From PVC group bacterium (GTDB lineage: Bacteria; Omnitrophota; Gorgyraeia; B26-G9), in the NCBI GenBank assembly GCA_024231215.1, contig JAAEQR010000072.1:641210-705209 (forward strand): a stretch of DNA of 64,000 bases, in the 5' to 3' direction. Positions 46,830 through 56,261 of this stretch are shown here, one piece after another (positions within the stretch are counted from its first letter, which is position 1; every line of letters starts with the position of its first letter). The notes beneath the pieces are model-generated. The model saw nothing but the letters and a program-made list of their open reading frames with translations, was not told the DNA's origin and searched no databases. The position numbers were made by a program, and so were the translations under genes.

Positions 46830-47786
46830 ATGAGTAATGAATATCCATCAATGGTTAGAGTGATTGAAGCAACAAGTGATTTATATGCAGAACCTCGCAT
46901 TGAATCATCCATTATAAAAACAATAGAGATCGGAGATGTTATTCATTTAGGAAAGACAATAAAAAAGAATGGAAAACAGTGGGTAGAAGCAATGTGCGGT
47001 AATGAAAAGGGATTCATCTTAGGGGACGCAATGATTTTTACGATTCAAAAGGCAAAGTTAAATCAGAAAGATGTTGATATTTATGAGAAACCATTTTCTG
47101 AATCAAAAATAAAAGGAAAATACAACAAAAGTGATGTTTTCTATCTGACGGATAAAATTACAAAAGACGGTAAAGAATGGGTAAAAGCTCGCGATCTTTC
47201 AAATAACGTGGGTTATCTTGACGGGGATACACAGATCGAGATTATTGCACCGCTTCCTGATATGAAATCTGACCTTGGTTCGTGGGGAATAGGGCTCATT
47301 GTTATAGGAATAATAAGCAATCTGATCCCTAATTTTTTAGATGCTAGATGGGGGATTATTGTTATTATTTTGGGTTGTGTTGTTCTAGCTGTTAGAAAAC
47401 GTTTTATGTATATTGTGCTTGGAATTGGATTGTTTATTGTGGGTGCGATGAATCTTTTATCGGGTAATCCCGGCGGGTGGACTGTTTTTGGTTTTTTTCA
47501 GCTCTATTGGGGGTTTCAGGAAATACAAAAATTTTGGAAATACAAAAAACTTGAAGAAAAAGGTGTTGAAGACAAAGATATTTTATTAAATATAGAGCAA
47601 GATAAAACAGAGATAGAAGATCTTATTTGCAATGAAACAGTTGAAGTAGAAGGCAGTATTTCCAAAGAAAAACTTCCGGTTGAAGTAATAGACGGAATCT
47701 GGTCTTGCCCTGGATGCGGAGTGAGAAGCCGGGCAGATTGTGAGATTTGTGATGAATGTGGGCAGTCGGTAGAATTAGAGGTATAA
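46830..47786 (+). CDS. membrane protein with N-terminal SH3b-like repeats and a C-terminal zinc ribbon
   Basis: AAAAGGAGG RBS before the ATG at 46830. Two similar 'GK.WV.A....GYL/IL' SH3-like units, 3-4 TM helices, and a 'CPGCG...CEICDECG' motif. Confidence 0.45.
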   Translation: MSNEYPSMVRVIEATSDLYAEPRIESSIIKTIEIGDVIHLGKTIKKNGKQWVEAMCGNEKGFILGDAMIFTIQKAKLNQKDVDIYEKPFSESKIKGKYNKSDVFYLTDKITKDGKEWVKARDLSNNVGYLDGDTQIEIIAPLPDMKSDLGSWGIGLIVIGIISNLIPNFLDARWGIIVIILGCVVLAVRKRFMYIVLGIGLFIVGAMNLLSGNPGGWTVFGFFQLYWGFQEIQKFWKYKKLEEKGVEDKDILLNIEQDKTEIEDLICNETVEVEGSISKEKLPVEVIDGIWSCPGCGVRSRADCEICDECGQSVELEV

Positions 47787-47795
47787 GAGGAGAAT

Positions 47796-48233
47796 ATGAG
47801 GAATTATAGCTTGAATGTTTTTAGAAATAGTTATATTGCTTTATTGCTTTTATTGCTTTTTCCCTCAAAAGCGTTTGCTTGCATTACATGTATTTTTAAG
47901 ATGTTAGATGCAGTTGTTCCTTTTTATAAAAATTGGATGCTAGTATTCTTTGTGTGGCTTGTTGTTTTTCTGACAATAAAGATATTCACAAAGCAATTCA
48001 CGAAAAAAATATTTTTTAATTATTTAAAGGGAATATTGCTTTTATTTGTGAGTATTGCTTTTCATCCGCTTTTTCCCATATATCTAATCACTTTATTTGT
48101 TTTATGGGTGAGAAGTTATTCTAAGTGTTATAAAAGAGTGAAAATAAACGAGCTTTTAATAGATGATAAAGCCTTTTTAATGGTCAATCATATAACTGTC
48201 GTGGCGTTGATAATAGCTGCTTTCCTAAGATAA
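47796..48233 (+). CDS. hypothetical small membrane protein
   Basis: Hydrophobic ORF, signal/TM-like N-terminus. Confidence 0.35.
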   Translation: MRNYSLNVFRNSYIALLLLLLFPSKAFACITCIFKMLDAVVPFYKNWMLVFFVWLVVFLTIKIFTKQFTKKIFFNYLKGILLLFVSIAFHPLFPIYLITLFVLWVRSYSKCYKRVKINELLIDDKAFLMVNHITVVALIIAAFLR

Positions 48234-48237
48234 CTTG

Positions 48238-48265
48238 TTGAAAAATTCCCAAAATCGTGTAAAAT
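48238..48265 (+). promoter_or_regulatory. possible sigma-70 promoter (TTGAAA, 16-nt spacer, TAAAAT) for the cyclase gene
   Basis: Motif spacing only. The ATG at 48276 follows closely. Confidence 0.3.
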
Positions 48266-48275
48266 AGTTTATATT

Positions 48276-49769
48276 ATGAAACATAAGACACTTACAATCG
48301 TTTTTGCTGATGTTCAGGGGTTTACCAGCCGTACCGGCCGGCAGACGCGTGAGCAAAACGAATTATTTCTCAAAGAAATTTCGTCGTTCGTCAAGAAACA
48401 CGTCAAGAATAAAGGCGGGGTTCTGGTTAAGACAATGGGCGACGGATTCCTGATCACTTTTGACTCTCCGACAGATGCAGTTGCCTGCGGACAGCAGATG
48501 CAGAAGGAAATAGAACTGCGCAATGCTAATATCATGGATCAGGATAAGTTTATAAAATTCCATATCGGCATATGCACTGGTGAGGTTACGGTTGATGATA
48601 ATAAGGATGTGCATGGTGATGCTGTAAACATTGCCGCACGGATTGAAAGTTTTGCCGGGCCTAATGACGTTTATATCGGAGAAGCTACTTATCTGGCGAT
48701 GAACAAGTCTGAAATAAATGCTTTGGACTTGGGCCCGCAAAGGTTCAAAAATGTTGTTCAGGAAGTAAGAGTATATAAAGTAACTGATGGGAAAACAGAT
48801 TTTAAGGATTTAGCTCCGAAAAAATCAAGGAATAAAACTGCTTTAATCGCTGGAATTGTTATTGTTGTTGGTATAATAATTCTTTCATTTTTTCTCTCTA
48901 GAAAACCGGAACAGATTGCGGAGGTGCGATTACCAGCTGATAATCGCCAAAACGACGACTCGTTGCAGCGACAGAAACTTGATAGACTTATGGAGTTTGT
49001 GGATAGTTATGAACGTAACGAAGAATATTCAGAAGCTATACAAGTTCTGGGCCAGTATATTACCAAAGAGACAGATAAAGATCTAAAAGAGCTGGCGTTA
49101 TTAAGGCTTAAGGGCTTAGAACGTCGTATAGAAGAACGAAAGCGTCGTGAGGAAGAAGAACAGCAACAACGGGAAGATGAGCAGCAGCAACAGAAAGAGG
49201 ACGAACGTCGGGCAGAAGAATTAAGACAGCGGGAAGAAGAATTGGAGCGCCGGACAGAGATAGGACGGCAGGCAGAAGAAGACCGTCGAAACGAAGAGCT
49301 GGAGCGCCGGGACGAAGAGTTAAGACGTCGTGAAGAAGAGTTGGAGCGCCGGGCGGCAGAAAACAGGAATTCCTCAGGGGGGATGTCTCAGAATCAGAGT
49401 AACAATAGATCTGGACAGCAAAAAGAAAATCCAAGGCAGCTTTTGCAGTCTGGTAAATATGATGAAGTTATTGATCTTGTTAAGGAAAGACTTAAGAGAA
49501 ACCCCAATAATCCCCAGCTATATATATTAGCCGGACAGGCGTATTTTAAAAAACAACAATATTCTCAGGCAGAACAATACTTTCAGGATGCAGTTGATCT
49601 TAACCCTAATAATCCAATTGTTTATCAGGGATTAGCTTCAGTCTATGAACAGTCCGGCGAAATACAAGATGCGATTAGTATGCTTAGGAAATTGATAGAT
49701 ATAGAGCCGAGTGAGCATCGCAGAGAGAAAGCCCGTCAACAAATAGAGCGACTAGAACGCCGCCTCTAA
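48276..49769 (+). CDS. class III adenylate cyclase (CHD) - TM - ER/K-rich single alpha-helix - TPR protein
   Basis: 'IVFADVQGFT' and 'KTMGDGFLITF' metal/substrate motifs with 'HGDAVNIAARIES' (Lys and Asp give adenine specificity). One TM helix. About 90 aa of E/R/Q repeats ('EELERR'). C-terminal TPRs. Confidence 0.75.
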   Translation: MKHKTLTIVFADVQGFTSRTGRQTREQNELFLKEISSFVKKHVKNKGGVLVKTMGDGFLITFDSPTDAVACGQQMQKEIELRNANIMDQDKFIKFHIGICTGEVTVDDNKDVHGDAVNIAARIESFAGPNDVYIGEATYLAMNKSEINALDLGPQRFKNVVQEVRVYKVTDGKTDFKDLAPKKSRNKTALIAGIVIVVGIIILSFFLSRKPEQIAEVRLPADNRQNDDSLQRQKLDRLMEFVDSYERNEEYSEAIQVLGQYITKETDKDLKELALLRLKGLERRIEERKRREEEEQQQREDEQQQQKEDERRAEELRQREEELERRTEIGRQAEEDRRNEELERRDEELRRREEELERRAAENRNSSGGMSQNQSNNRSGQQKENPRQLLQSGKYDEVIDLVKERLKRNPNNPQLYILAGQAYFKKQQYSQAEQYFQDAVDLNPNNPIVYQGLASVYEQSGEIQDAISMLRKLIDIEPSEHRREKARQQIERLERRL

Positions 49770-49785
49770 TTCTGCAACAGTCACA

Positions 49786-52700
49786 TTATTGCTGAAGAAC
49801 TGTTTCTCCGGGGCGTATTATATTTCCATTAATGTCGGGGTAGGCTTGTATTGCTATTTCGGGCTCATCAAAGTTTGTTATGAAATCTTCTTCGTTCAGG
49901 CCTAATATGAATGCCAGTTTTTTTCTATCTTTATGTAGTGGAGCCCAGTACTTATCGGATAATATCCATTTTTTTGCACTTTCTCCAAAAGTTTCATGTT
50001 TTACCATTAATCCATAGGCTTCTGTTTCCTGGGAAGATTGAATAAGCGCCAGAGCTTCTAGCGCTACGTTTATGTCAGTGATATATTTCTTAGCAGCCTG
50101 TTCTATTTGGATATTTTCTAAGAGACTATTGATTTTCTCTACAGCTTGTAAGGTTAATTCGGGATGGCCTGAATATGCAGCGAAAAGAGCATATCTTATG
50201 AGGGGATAAAACATCTTATCTCCTTTATCGTCAATTTGTTTTTCCTGATCGTGAGCTTTTAGGCAGAGATCACCAATGCATAGTAGCGGCATACCTGCTT
50301 TTATTATTCTATTGAGTTCATCTGGGTCAAATAGCTGCATTGCATATTTGTTAGATATTTCGCTAAACAATTCAAATGCTTCTTTTTTAAATCCAACATC
50401 ACAAAGCTGAAATGCTTTTAGGATTTTTGTTGTAGCATCAAATGCTTCGTCTAATGTTTTCACATCAATATTAATATCAAACGGTAAAGCTGCTACTCTT
50501 AATTCTTTTTCAATTTTACCAGTAATATAAATGCTTCTTCCGTCTGGGGCAAAGGAAAGCATTGTTATCTCATTAAATTTAGATGATTTTCGGAATATAT
50601 GAGCTATTTTCGCGTCCTTTTTTAACCAAATATCATAGCGTCCATTTTTATGAGAAGTCACAAAATAATTTCCATCAGGGTGGAAGGCTGCTTTGCTTGC
50701 ATTGCCCATATTGTCGAAGATAACTTTTTTATTTTCAATGTCCCACATTTCCAGGTCACGTTTATCGTACCCAAATAGAAGTGCCAGATTATCTGTAGGG
50801 CTAAAGCATAGCTCTGGAACGCTGTTTGTTTTTTCTTTGAATCTGTAAAAATTAGAGGCATCTTCAGAGTCAATTAACATGCGTATTTCTTTAGCCATGT
50901 CCATGCCATTATTTGTTCCCGAATAATCATGAAGCACAAAAGTTAAATAGTTGTTGTCATTATGAACGTCAAGTGACATATAGTTGTAATCCTTGCCTTG
51001 CCGGCCTTCATAGATTGTTTTTATAATGCTTCCGGACTCTATTTTAAATAGCCGGATAGTATTATCTTCAGTTTCTGGATTAAAATCAGAGATGAATAAA
51101 TGTTTATTGTCTTTTGCAAAGTGAATTCCGCCCAAGTTGATTTCTCCGTTGGCATTTAATAGACGGTGTTTGATGTATCCAGAGGGTATTGCTATTATTT
51201 CTATCCATTGATAATCTTTTTTTAATCCGGCGATAAGGTTGCCGTCAGGACTCATTGACACAGTATATGATTGAATGTCTTGACCAATTCTATTGATTAA
51301 TTCTCCTGTTTGAGCGTCCCAGATAAAGATAACTCCTTTTGATTTTTGCTCGTTTCTGACGGCAAGTTCTTTTTTGCTGTCGCCTGTCTCAAAAATGGCA
51401 GATGTGACAATGTATTTTCCGTCTGGGGTGACTTCGAAAAAAGCAAAATTATCAAAGGGAAGGGCATCATTGAATAAGTATAATTCAGGTATGCCGCGAA
51501 TTTTTTTAGCTGCTATTTCTCTATTTATTGTTTTTATGTAATTTTTTGCGTCTTTATCTCCGGCACTTTTGGCTTTATTGAGCCACTTTAAAGCTTTGTC
51601 GTAGTCTTTTGGTACGCCTAGTCCTTGTTGATACATATACCCTAAGTGTTTCATGGGAACGGAACTTGGATTGTCCTGGCGGGCAGCTTTTTTAAACCAT
51701 TTCAAGGCTTCTGCATAGTCATGGTCAGCGTCTTTACCTTCTAAAAGCAGCTGCCCTAATAAAATTTGTGAATTTGCATCACCTAGTTTCGCAGCCATTC
51801 TTAATTGTTCAATATTTTTTGCGGCATAATCTTTGGCTAGATTATAATCTTTGTTTTCTCGAGCTTCTAATGATTTTTGATTAAACTCTTTGCTTTTTTT
51901 GATATAATTTTTTGCGTATTCAAGACATTTTTTCTTTGCTTTCTTGTGCTCCATCTTAGCAGACATTGCGAATAATTCTTCTGCTTTTCCAATGTCTTTT
52001 TTTACGCCTTTACCTTTTTCATATAATAATGCAAGGTTATAAATACCGCGTTTATTTTCAAGTTCCAATGCTTTTTTGTATAAATCAGCAGCTTTTTTGA
52101 GATCTTTTTCTACGCCTTTGCCGTTTTCGTATAAAGACCCTAATTTATTTACGCAAGTACCATGTTCCAATTCTGCTCCGAGAGTATACCACTTTACAGC
52201 TTTATTGATATTTTCTTTTGTTCCTTTGCCATGTTCATAAAGATATGCTAGCCATTTTATGCTTGATCGTAAATTCTGTTCTGCAGATTTTTTATACCAG
52301 ACAAACGCTTGTTTTTCATTTTTTTTCACAAAGGTACCTTTATAATAAAACTCTGCAAGTTCGGCTTGACTAACAGCATTACCTCTTGCTGCAGACTGTT
52401 TAATTAATTTTAATAATTGCTTTTCCTTTTTAAGATTGGCAGTTTTAGATTGATATAACTTAGCGAGAGAGAATTGTGCATATGTATCCCGTTTTTTAGA
52501 TTGTTTCAATAAGCCATCTAATGCTTTGTCATATAATTCTTTTGCTTTTTCTTTATCCTTTTTTACTCCTTGCCCATAATCATATGCTTCGGCAAGATTG
52601 AAATATCCGAGAGGGGAGTCTTGTTCGACAGCTTGTTTGATCCATTTTAGTCCTTGATCATGATTTTTTTTATGGAAGTAACCGCATCTGAGGGAGGCCC

Positions 52701-52866
52701 CGAAGAGAGCTTGATAATAAGCATCACCTTCCTCGGCTTTTTGTCCCCACATTTCCGGTAATATTTTTGTTGTTTTTGCGGCTGTTATTTCTGTAGGAAT
52801 AAAGATGTGAAGGGTTAAGATTATAATGATAAGTATTCTGGAATAAGTTAGAAATTTGTTCCCCAT
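49786..52866 (-). CDS. secreted Sel1-repeat (about 12 repeats) plus beta-propeller plus alpha-helical-domain protein, 1026 aa
   Basis: Signal peptide and repeated 'A...LG.MY..G.GV..D...A..W..KAA' Sel1 units. The central region has WD40/PD40-like strand repeats. Confidence 0.6.
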   Translation of the reverse strand: MGNKFLTYSRILIIIILTLHIFIPTEITAAKTTKILPEMWGQKAEEGDAYYQALFGASLRCGYFHKKNHDQGLKWIKQAVEQDSPLGYFNLAEAYDYGQGVKKDKEKAKELYDKALDGLLKQSKKRDTYAQFSLAKLYQSKTANLKKEKQLLKLIKQSAARGNAVSQAELAEFYYKGTFVKKNEKQAFVWYKKSAEQNLRSSIKWLAYLYEHGKGTKENINKAVKWYTLGAELEHGTCVNKLGSLYENGKGVEKDLKKAADLYKKALELENKRGIYNLALLYEKGKGVKKDIGKAEELFAMSAKMEHKKAKKKCLEYAKNYIKKSKEFNQKSLEARENKDYNLAKDYAAKNIEQLRMAAKLGDANSQILLGQLLLEGKDADHDYAEALKWFKKAARQDNPSSVPMKHLGYMYQQGLGVPKDYDKALKWLNKAKSAGDKDAKNYIKTINREIAAKKIRGIPELYLFNDALPFDNFAFFEVTPDGKYIVTSAIFETGDSKKELAVRNEQKSKGVIFIWDAQTGELINRIGQDIQSYTVSMSPDGNLIAGLKKDYQWIEIIAIPSGYIKHRLLNANGEINLGGIHFAKDNKHLFISDFNPETEDNTIRLFKIESGSIIKTIYEGRQGKDYNYMSLDVHNDNNYLTFVLHDYSGTNNGMDMAKEIRMLIDSEDASNFYRFKEKTNSVPELCFSPTDNLALLFGYDKRDLEMWDIENKKVIFDNMGNASKAAFHPDGNYFVTSHKNGRYDIWLKKDAKIAHIFRKSSKFNEITMLSFAPDGRSIYITGKIEKELRVAALPFDINIDVKTLDEAFDATTKILKAFQLCDVGFKKEAFELFSEISNKYAMQLFDPDELNRIIKAGMPLLCIGDLCLKAHDQEKQIDDKGDKMFYPLIRYALFAAYSGHPELTLQAVEKINSLLENIQIEQAAKKYITDINVALEALALIQSSQETEAYGLMVKHETFGESAKKWILSDKYWAPLHKDRKKLAFILGLNEEDFITNFDEPEIAIQAYPDINGNIIRPGETVLQQ

Positions 52867-53147
52867 AGATATGTACTCCTTCCCGTTTAAGATTTAAGGT
52901 TATTATATAAATACTATAAGATTAAATCAAGAATAAGTTGTAATTAGAAATTAATTTAGGAATATAATCAAGTTTGACAATAAACAAATTAGATGGCATT
53001 ATATGATTTATAGGAACTTTAAATGGTTTTAATTAGTTTTAATATAGTATTGTACGGTATTGTGTAGTATAAATGGTTTTGAGTGTCCCCACATTTTTAT
53101 ATGGATTTTATGAAATTATTAATTTATAATAAGTAGAGGTGGGTATT

Positions 53148-53510
53148 ATGAGTAAAAAAGTTTTAGTTATAGATGATGAACCAGCCATGTTGGAGGTGCT
53201 TAAGCAGCATTTAAAACGAGATGGTTATGATCCAATTACTGCCTCTAACGGAGAGAATGGGCTACAGAAAGTAAAAACAGAACAGCCTGATTTAATCATT
53301 CTGGATATTATGATGCCGCGGTTGGATGGATATACTTTTGTTCAGAAAGTAAAATATAACAATGCAATTACTCCTATTCCCATTATAGTTCTCACAGGAA
53401 TGGAAATGTTTAAATCTGTGTTTGAGTTTGAAGGAGTGAAGGAATATCTTCTAAAACCATTTAAATTGAAAGAATTGAGTGAAAAAATAAATAAGCATAT
53501 CAGACATTAA
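53148..53510 (+). CDS. single-domain response regulator (CheY-like receiver)
   Basis: 'VLVIDDEP', 'DLIILDIMMPRLDG' (phospho-acceptor Asp) and 'KPF'. GAGGTGG RBS before the ATG at 53148. Confidence 0.75.
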   Translation: MSKKVLVIDDEPAMLEVLKQHLKRDGYDPITASNGENGLQKVKTEQPDLIILDIMMPRLDGYTFVQKVKYNNAITPIPIIVLTGMEMFKSVFEFEGVKEYLLKPFKLKELSEKINKHIRH

Positions 53511-53540
53511 GAGTAATTGAGACATTAATAATTGTTTTTA

Positions 53541-53566
53541 GAGCCGACAAAAGTCGGTTTTTTTGT
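53541..53566 (+). terminator. rho-independent terminator
   Basis: GCCGAC-AAAA-GTCGG hairpin followed by TTTTTTT. Confidence 0.5.
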
Positions 53567-53590
53567 TGTAGAGAAGGTCTTAAATTTTTC

Positions 53591-53619
53591 TTGATTTGTA
53601 ACGGTGTATCTGATATATT
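53591..53619 (+). promoter_or_regulatory. sigma-70-like promoter (TTGATT, 17-nt spacer, TATATT) driving a ~240-nt leader before rarA
   Basis: TTGATT at 53591-53596 and TATATT at 53614-53619. Confidence 0.4.
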
Positions 53620-53868
53620 ATTTTATAGATATGTAGATAATAATTTTCCCTGCCATGCTCGTGAGCACTTGGTAATTATGAGCCATTAACGCTTAAAAGG
53701 GAACCTAACTTCAGGCTGTCTTAGGGCGGTTTGAGAGGGTGCCCACCTGGATGAAACCGGGTTCAATAATTCTCAGGTGTTTACGGCAGTGAGCGGGGAA
53801 TTTTTTTCCCGCCATGTTGTGTGGCGGATAAATCCCGCCAAGGCGGGATAAAATAAAAGGCAGTTATT

Positions 53869-55200
53869 ATGAGTGGCAAGACCGATCTTTTTAACTCTAA
53901 AAATACAGCTGAATCTGAAACAAAAGGAAAAGATGTTCCGCTTTCTTTAAGGATGCGTCCCCGGACTTTAGGGGAATTTCTCGGGCAAAGACATATCCTT
54001 GGTGAGGGGAAGCTGTTGCGTCGTCTAATAGATTCTGATCGTATTAATTCTCTTATTCTCTACGGTCCTCCAGGCACGGGTAAAAGTGCGCTTGCTTTTA
54101 TCGTCAGTGGCATTACTAATTCAGTATTTGAATATATAAATGCTACGTTGTCCGGGGTAAGTGAACTTAAAAAGGTAACCCAGCAAGCTAAAATAAGAAA
54201 GCAGACAAATAATAAGCGAACTATTCTGTTTATTGACGAAATACATCGTTTTAATAAAGCGCAGCAGGATGTACTTCTGAATGACGTGGAGTTGGGAAAT
54301 GTAATCATCATTGGGGCAACAACCCATAATCCATTTTTTTATATTAACCCGGCTTTGATTTCCCGGTCTCAGGTTTTTGAGTTCAAGACACATTCTGAAG
54401 CTGATTTAATGTGTCTTCTTAAAAATGCGATAAATGATAAAGAACGTGGTTTGGGTAATATGCCTGTTGTGGCTGAAGAAGAGGCTTTGCGGTTTTTATC
54501 TAAGGTAAGTGATGGTGATGCGCGCCGTGTACTTAATGCTTTAGAGGTAGGGGTATTGACTACTCCTGAGGGGAAAGATGGAAAGATTTATTTTACACAA
54601 GAGGTAGCGCAGGAATCAATTCAGAAGAAAATTGTCCGATATGACCGTGATGGAGATGATCACTACGATACAATATCTGCGTTTATTAAAAGTATGAGAG
54701 GAACTGATCCAGATGCAGCTTTGTATTGGCTGGCAAAAATGTTATATGCAGGAGAAGATCCTCGCTTTATTGCCCGCAGAATAGTGATTTGTGCAGCAGA
54801 AGATGTTGGTAATGCTGATCCACAGGCACTTATTTTAGCAAATGCGGCATTTCAGTCGGTAGAATATCTTGGCATGCCGGAAGCACGCATTCCGCTTGCC
54901 CAAGCTACAGTGTATATTGCCTGTGCTCCGAAAAGCAATGCGGCGTATGCGGCGTTAGAAACAGCAACTCAGGATGTAAGTCGTGAGGTTACAGAAGAAG
55001 TACCACAACATTTAAAAGATAAATCTTATAAAGGGGCAAAACAATTGCAGCATGGTCAGGGGTATCAATATTCACATGATTTTAAGAATCACTATGTGGA
55101 ACAAAAATATACGCATAAATCAAAAAAATATTATCAGCCTACACTGATGGGCTATGAAAAGAAGATAAGAGAATGGCTGTCTCAGTTAAAGAAAGAATAA
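53869..55200 (+). CDS. rarA: replication-associated recombination protein A (AAA+ ATPase)
   Basis: 'LILYGPPGTGKS' Walker A, 'LFIDEIHRFNKAQQD' and a C-terminal MgsA helical domain. Confidence 0.85.
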   Translation: MSGKTDLFNSKNTAESETKGKDVPLSLRMRPRTLGEFLGQRHILGEGKLLRRLIDSDRINSLILYGPPGTGKSALAFIVSGITNSVFEYINATLSGVSELKKVTQQAKIRKQTNNKRTILFIDEIHRFNKAQQDVLLNDVELGNVIIIGATTHNPFFYINPALISRSQVFEFKTHSEADLMCLLKNAINDKERGLGNMPVVAEEEALRFLSKVSDGDARRVLNALEVGVLTTPEGKDGKIYFTQEVAQESIQKKIVRYDRDGDDHYDTISAFIKSMRGTDPDAALYWLAKMLYAGEDPRFIARRIVICAAEDVGNADPQALILANAAFQSVEYLGMPEARIPLAQATVYIACAPKSNAAYAALETATQDVSREVTEEVPQHLKDKSYKGAKQLQHGQGYQYSHDFKNHYVEQKYTHKSKKYYQPTLMGYEKKIREWLSQLKKE

Positions 55201-56261
55201 AAAAATATTTATTAGCAGTTAATGCCTCCACAGAAAAAGATTTAAAAGGAACTCTGGTAAGGGGATTCCTTTTTGTGCTTTCGTGTGTATATGGAATTGT
55301 TCTTAAATTGAGGTTGTTTTTTTATAAGCGTGGAATATTTGGGACAAAACGCTTTAAGGCAAAAGTAATTAGTGTAGGCAATATAACAGTAGGTGGAACA
55401 GGTAAAACACCTTTGGCAGCAACAATTGTTGCTTATTTATTATCAAAAGAGTGTAAGCCGGCAGTAGTTACGCGTGGATATACTCCTGAGCAGGCAGGGG
55501 TGGGGAAAAAACCAGATGAACCGTTAATGCTTAAAAAAGAATTTCCCGAGGTTCCGATAATAATTTCTCCGGATAGAGTTTCCGGGATTAGGGAAGCTGA
55601 AAAAAAACATAACGCTGGATGTGTAGTTCTTGATGATGCTTTCGGAAATCTTAAAGTTTTTAAAGATTTAAATATTGTTTGTATTGATTGTACTAATCCG
55701 TTTGGGAATGAAATGGTTTTGCCGCGGGGGATAATGCGTCTTCCGTTTATTTATTTAAAGCAAGCAGATGTATTTGTATTGACCAATGCTGATTTTAATA
55801 AATTAGCTGTGCCGGAAATTGCAAAAAAACTGCAAATATTTAATGAAGAAGCGATGATTTGCCAGGGGGTTCATGCTCCTCAATATTTCTATGACTTAAG
55901 AAAAGGTGACAAAAAGGAATTAGCTAGCATTAAGGGGAAGCGAACAGCTTTATTATCCGGGCTGGGGAATCCGGATAATTTTACTCGTACTGTGGGAAAA
56001 TGCGGGGCAGAAGTTGTTGTTAAACTTAGATATCCGGACCATTATAAATATACAGCTGAGGATATTGATAAATGTATTCAGATATGCCGGGATCAAAAGG
56101 TTGAAGTTCTTGTGGTTACGGCAAAGGATGAAGTGAAATTACAAGAAGCTTTTCAGAGTTGTGTTACTGAGTTTGATGTATTGGTTTTAAAAATAAAAAT
56201 GGAAATAGTTGAAAATGAAGAAAGATTCTTTACTATCTTATCTAATATATATTCCACTTAG
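55173..56261 (+). CDS. lpxK: tetraacyldisaccharide 4'-kinase
   Basis: 'VISVGNITVGGTGKTP' P-loop typical of LpxK. It overlaps the rarA 3' end. Confidence 0.8.
   Translation: MAVSVKERIKKYLLAVNASTEKDLKGTLVRGFLFVLSCVYGIVLKLRLFFYKRGIFGTKRFKAKVISVGNITVGGTGKTPLAATIVAYLLSKECKPAVVTRGYTPEQAGVGKKPDEPLMLKKEFPEVPIIISPDRVSGIREAEKKHNAGCVVLDDAFGNLKVFKDLNIVCIDCTNPFGNEMVLPRGIMRLPFIYLKQADVFVLTNADFNKLAVPEIAKKLQIFNEEAMICQGVHAPQYFYDLRKGDKKELASIKGKRTALLSGLGNPDNFTRTVGKCGAEVVVKLRYPDHYKYTAEDIDKCIQICRDQKVEVLVVTAKDEVKLQEAFQSCVTEFDVLVLKIKMEIVENEERFFTILSNIYST

Noticed and set aside
49108-49434. A 108-aa antisense ORF within the cyclase gene
   Set aside because: It lies on the opposite strand of the low-complexity E/R/Q codon-repeat tract. 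Its Pro/Leu/Ala-rich translation is the mirror image of the repeat and there is no RBS, so it is spurious.
53640-53868. Assignment of the rarA leader to cobalamin, TPP, ykkC or SRP RNA families
   Set aside because: Only partial motif matches were found (AAAAGGGAA, GAGAG, UGUUUAC...GCCAAGGC). The defining boxes (B12 box GCCACUG; TPP CUGAGA/ACCUGAUCUGGAUAAUGCCAGCG; SRP GGAAGGAAGCAGC) are absent, so I left it unclassified.
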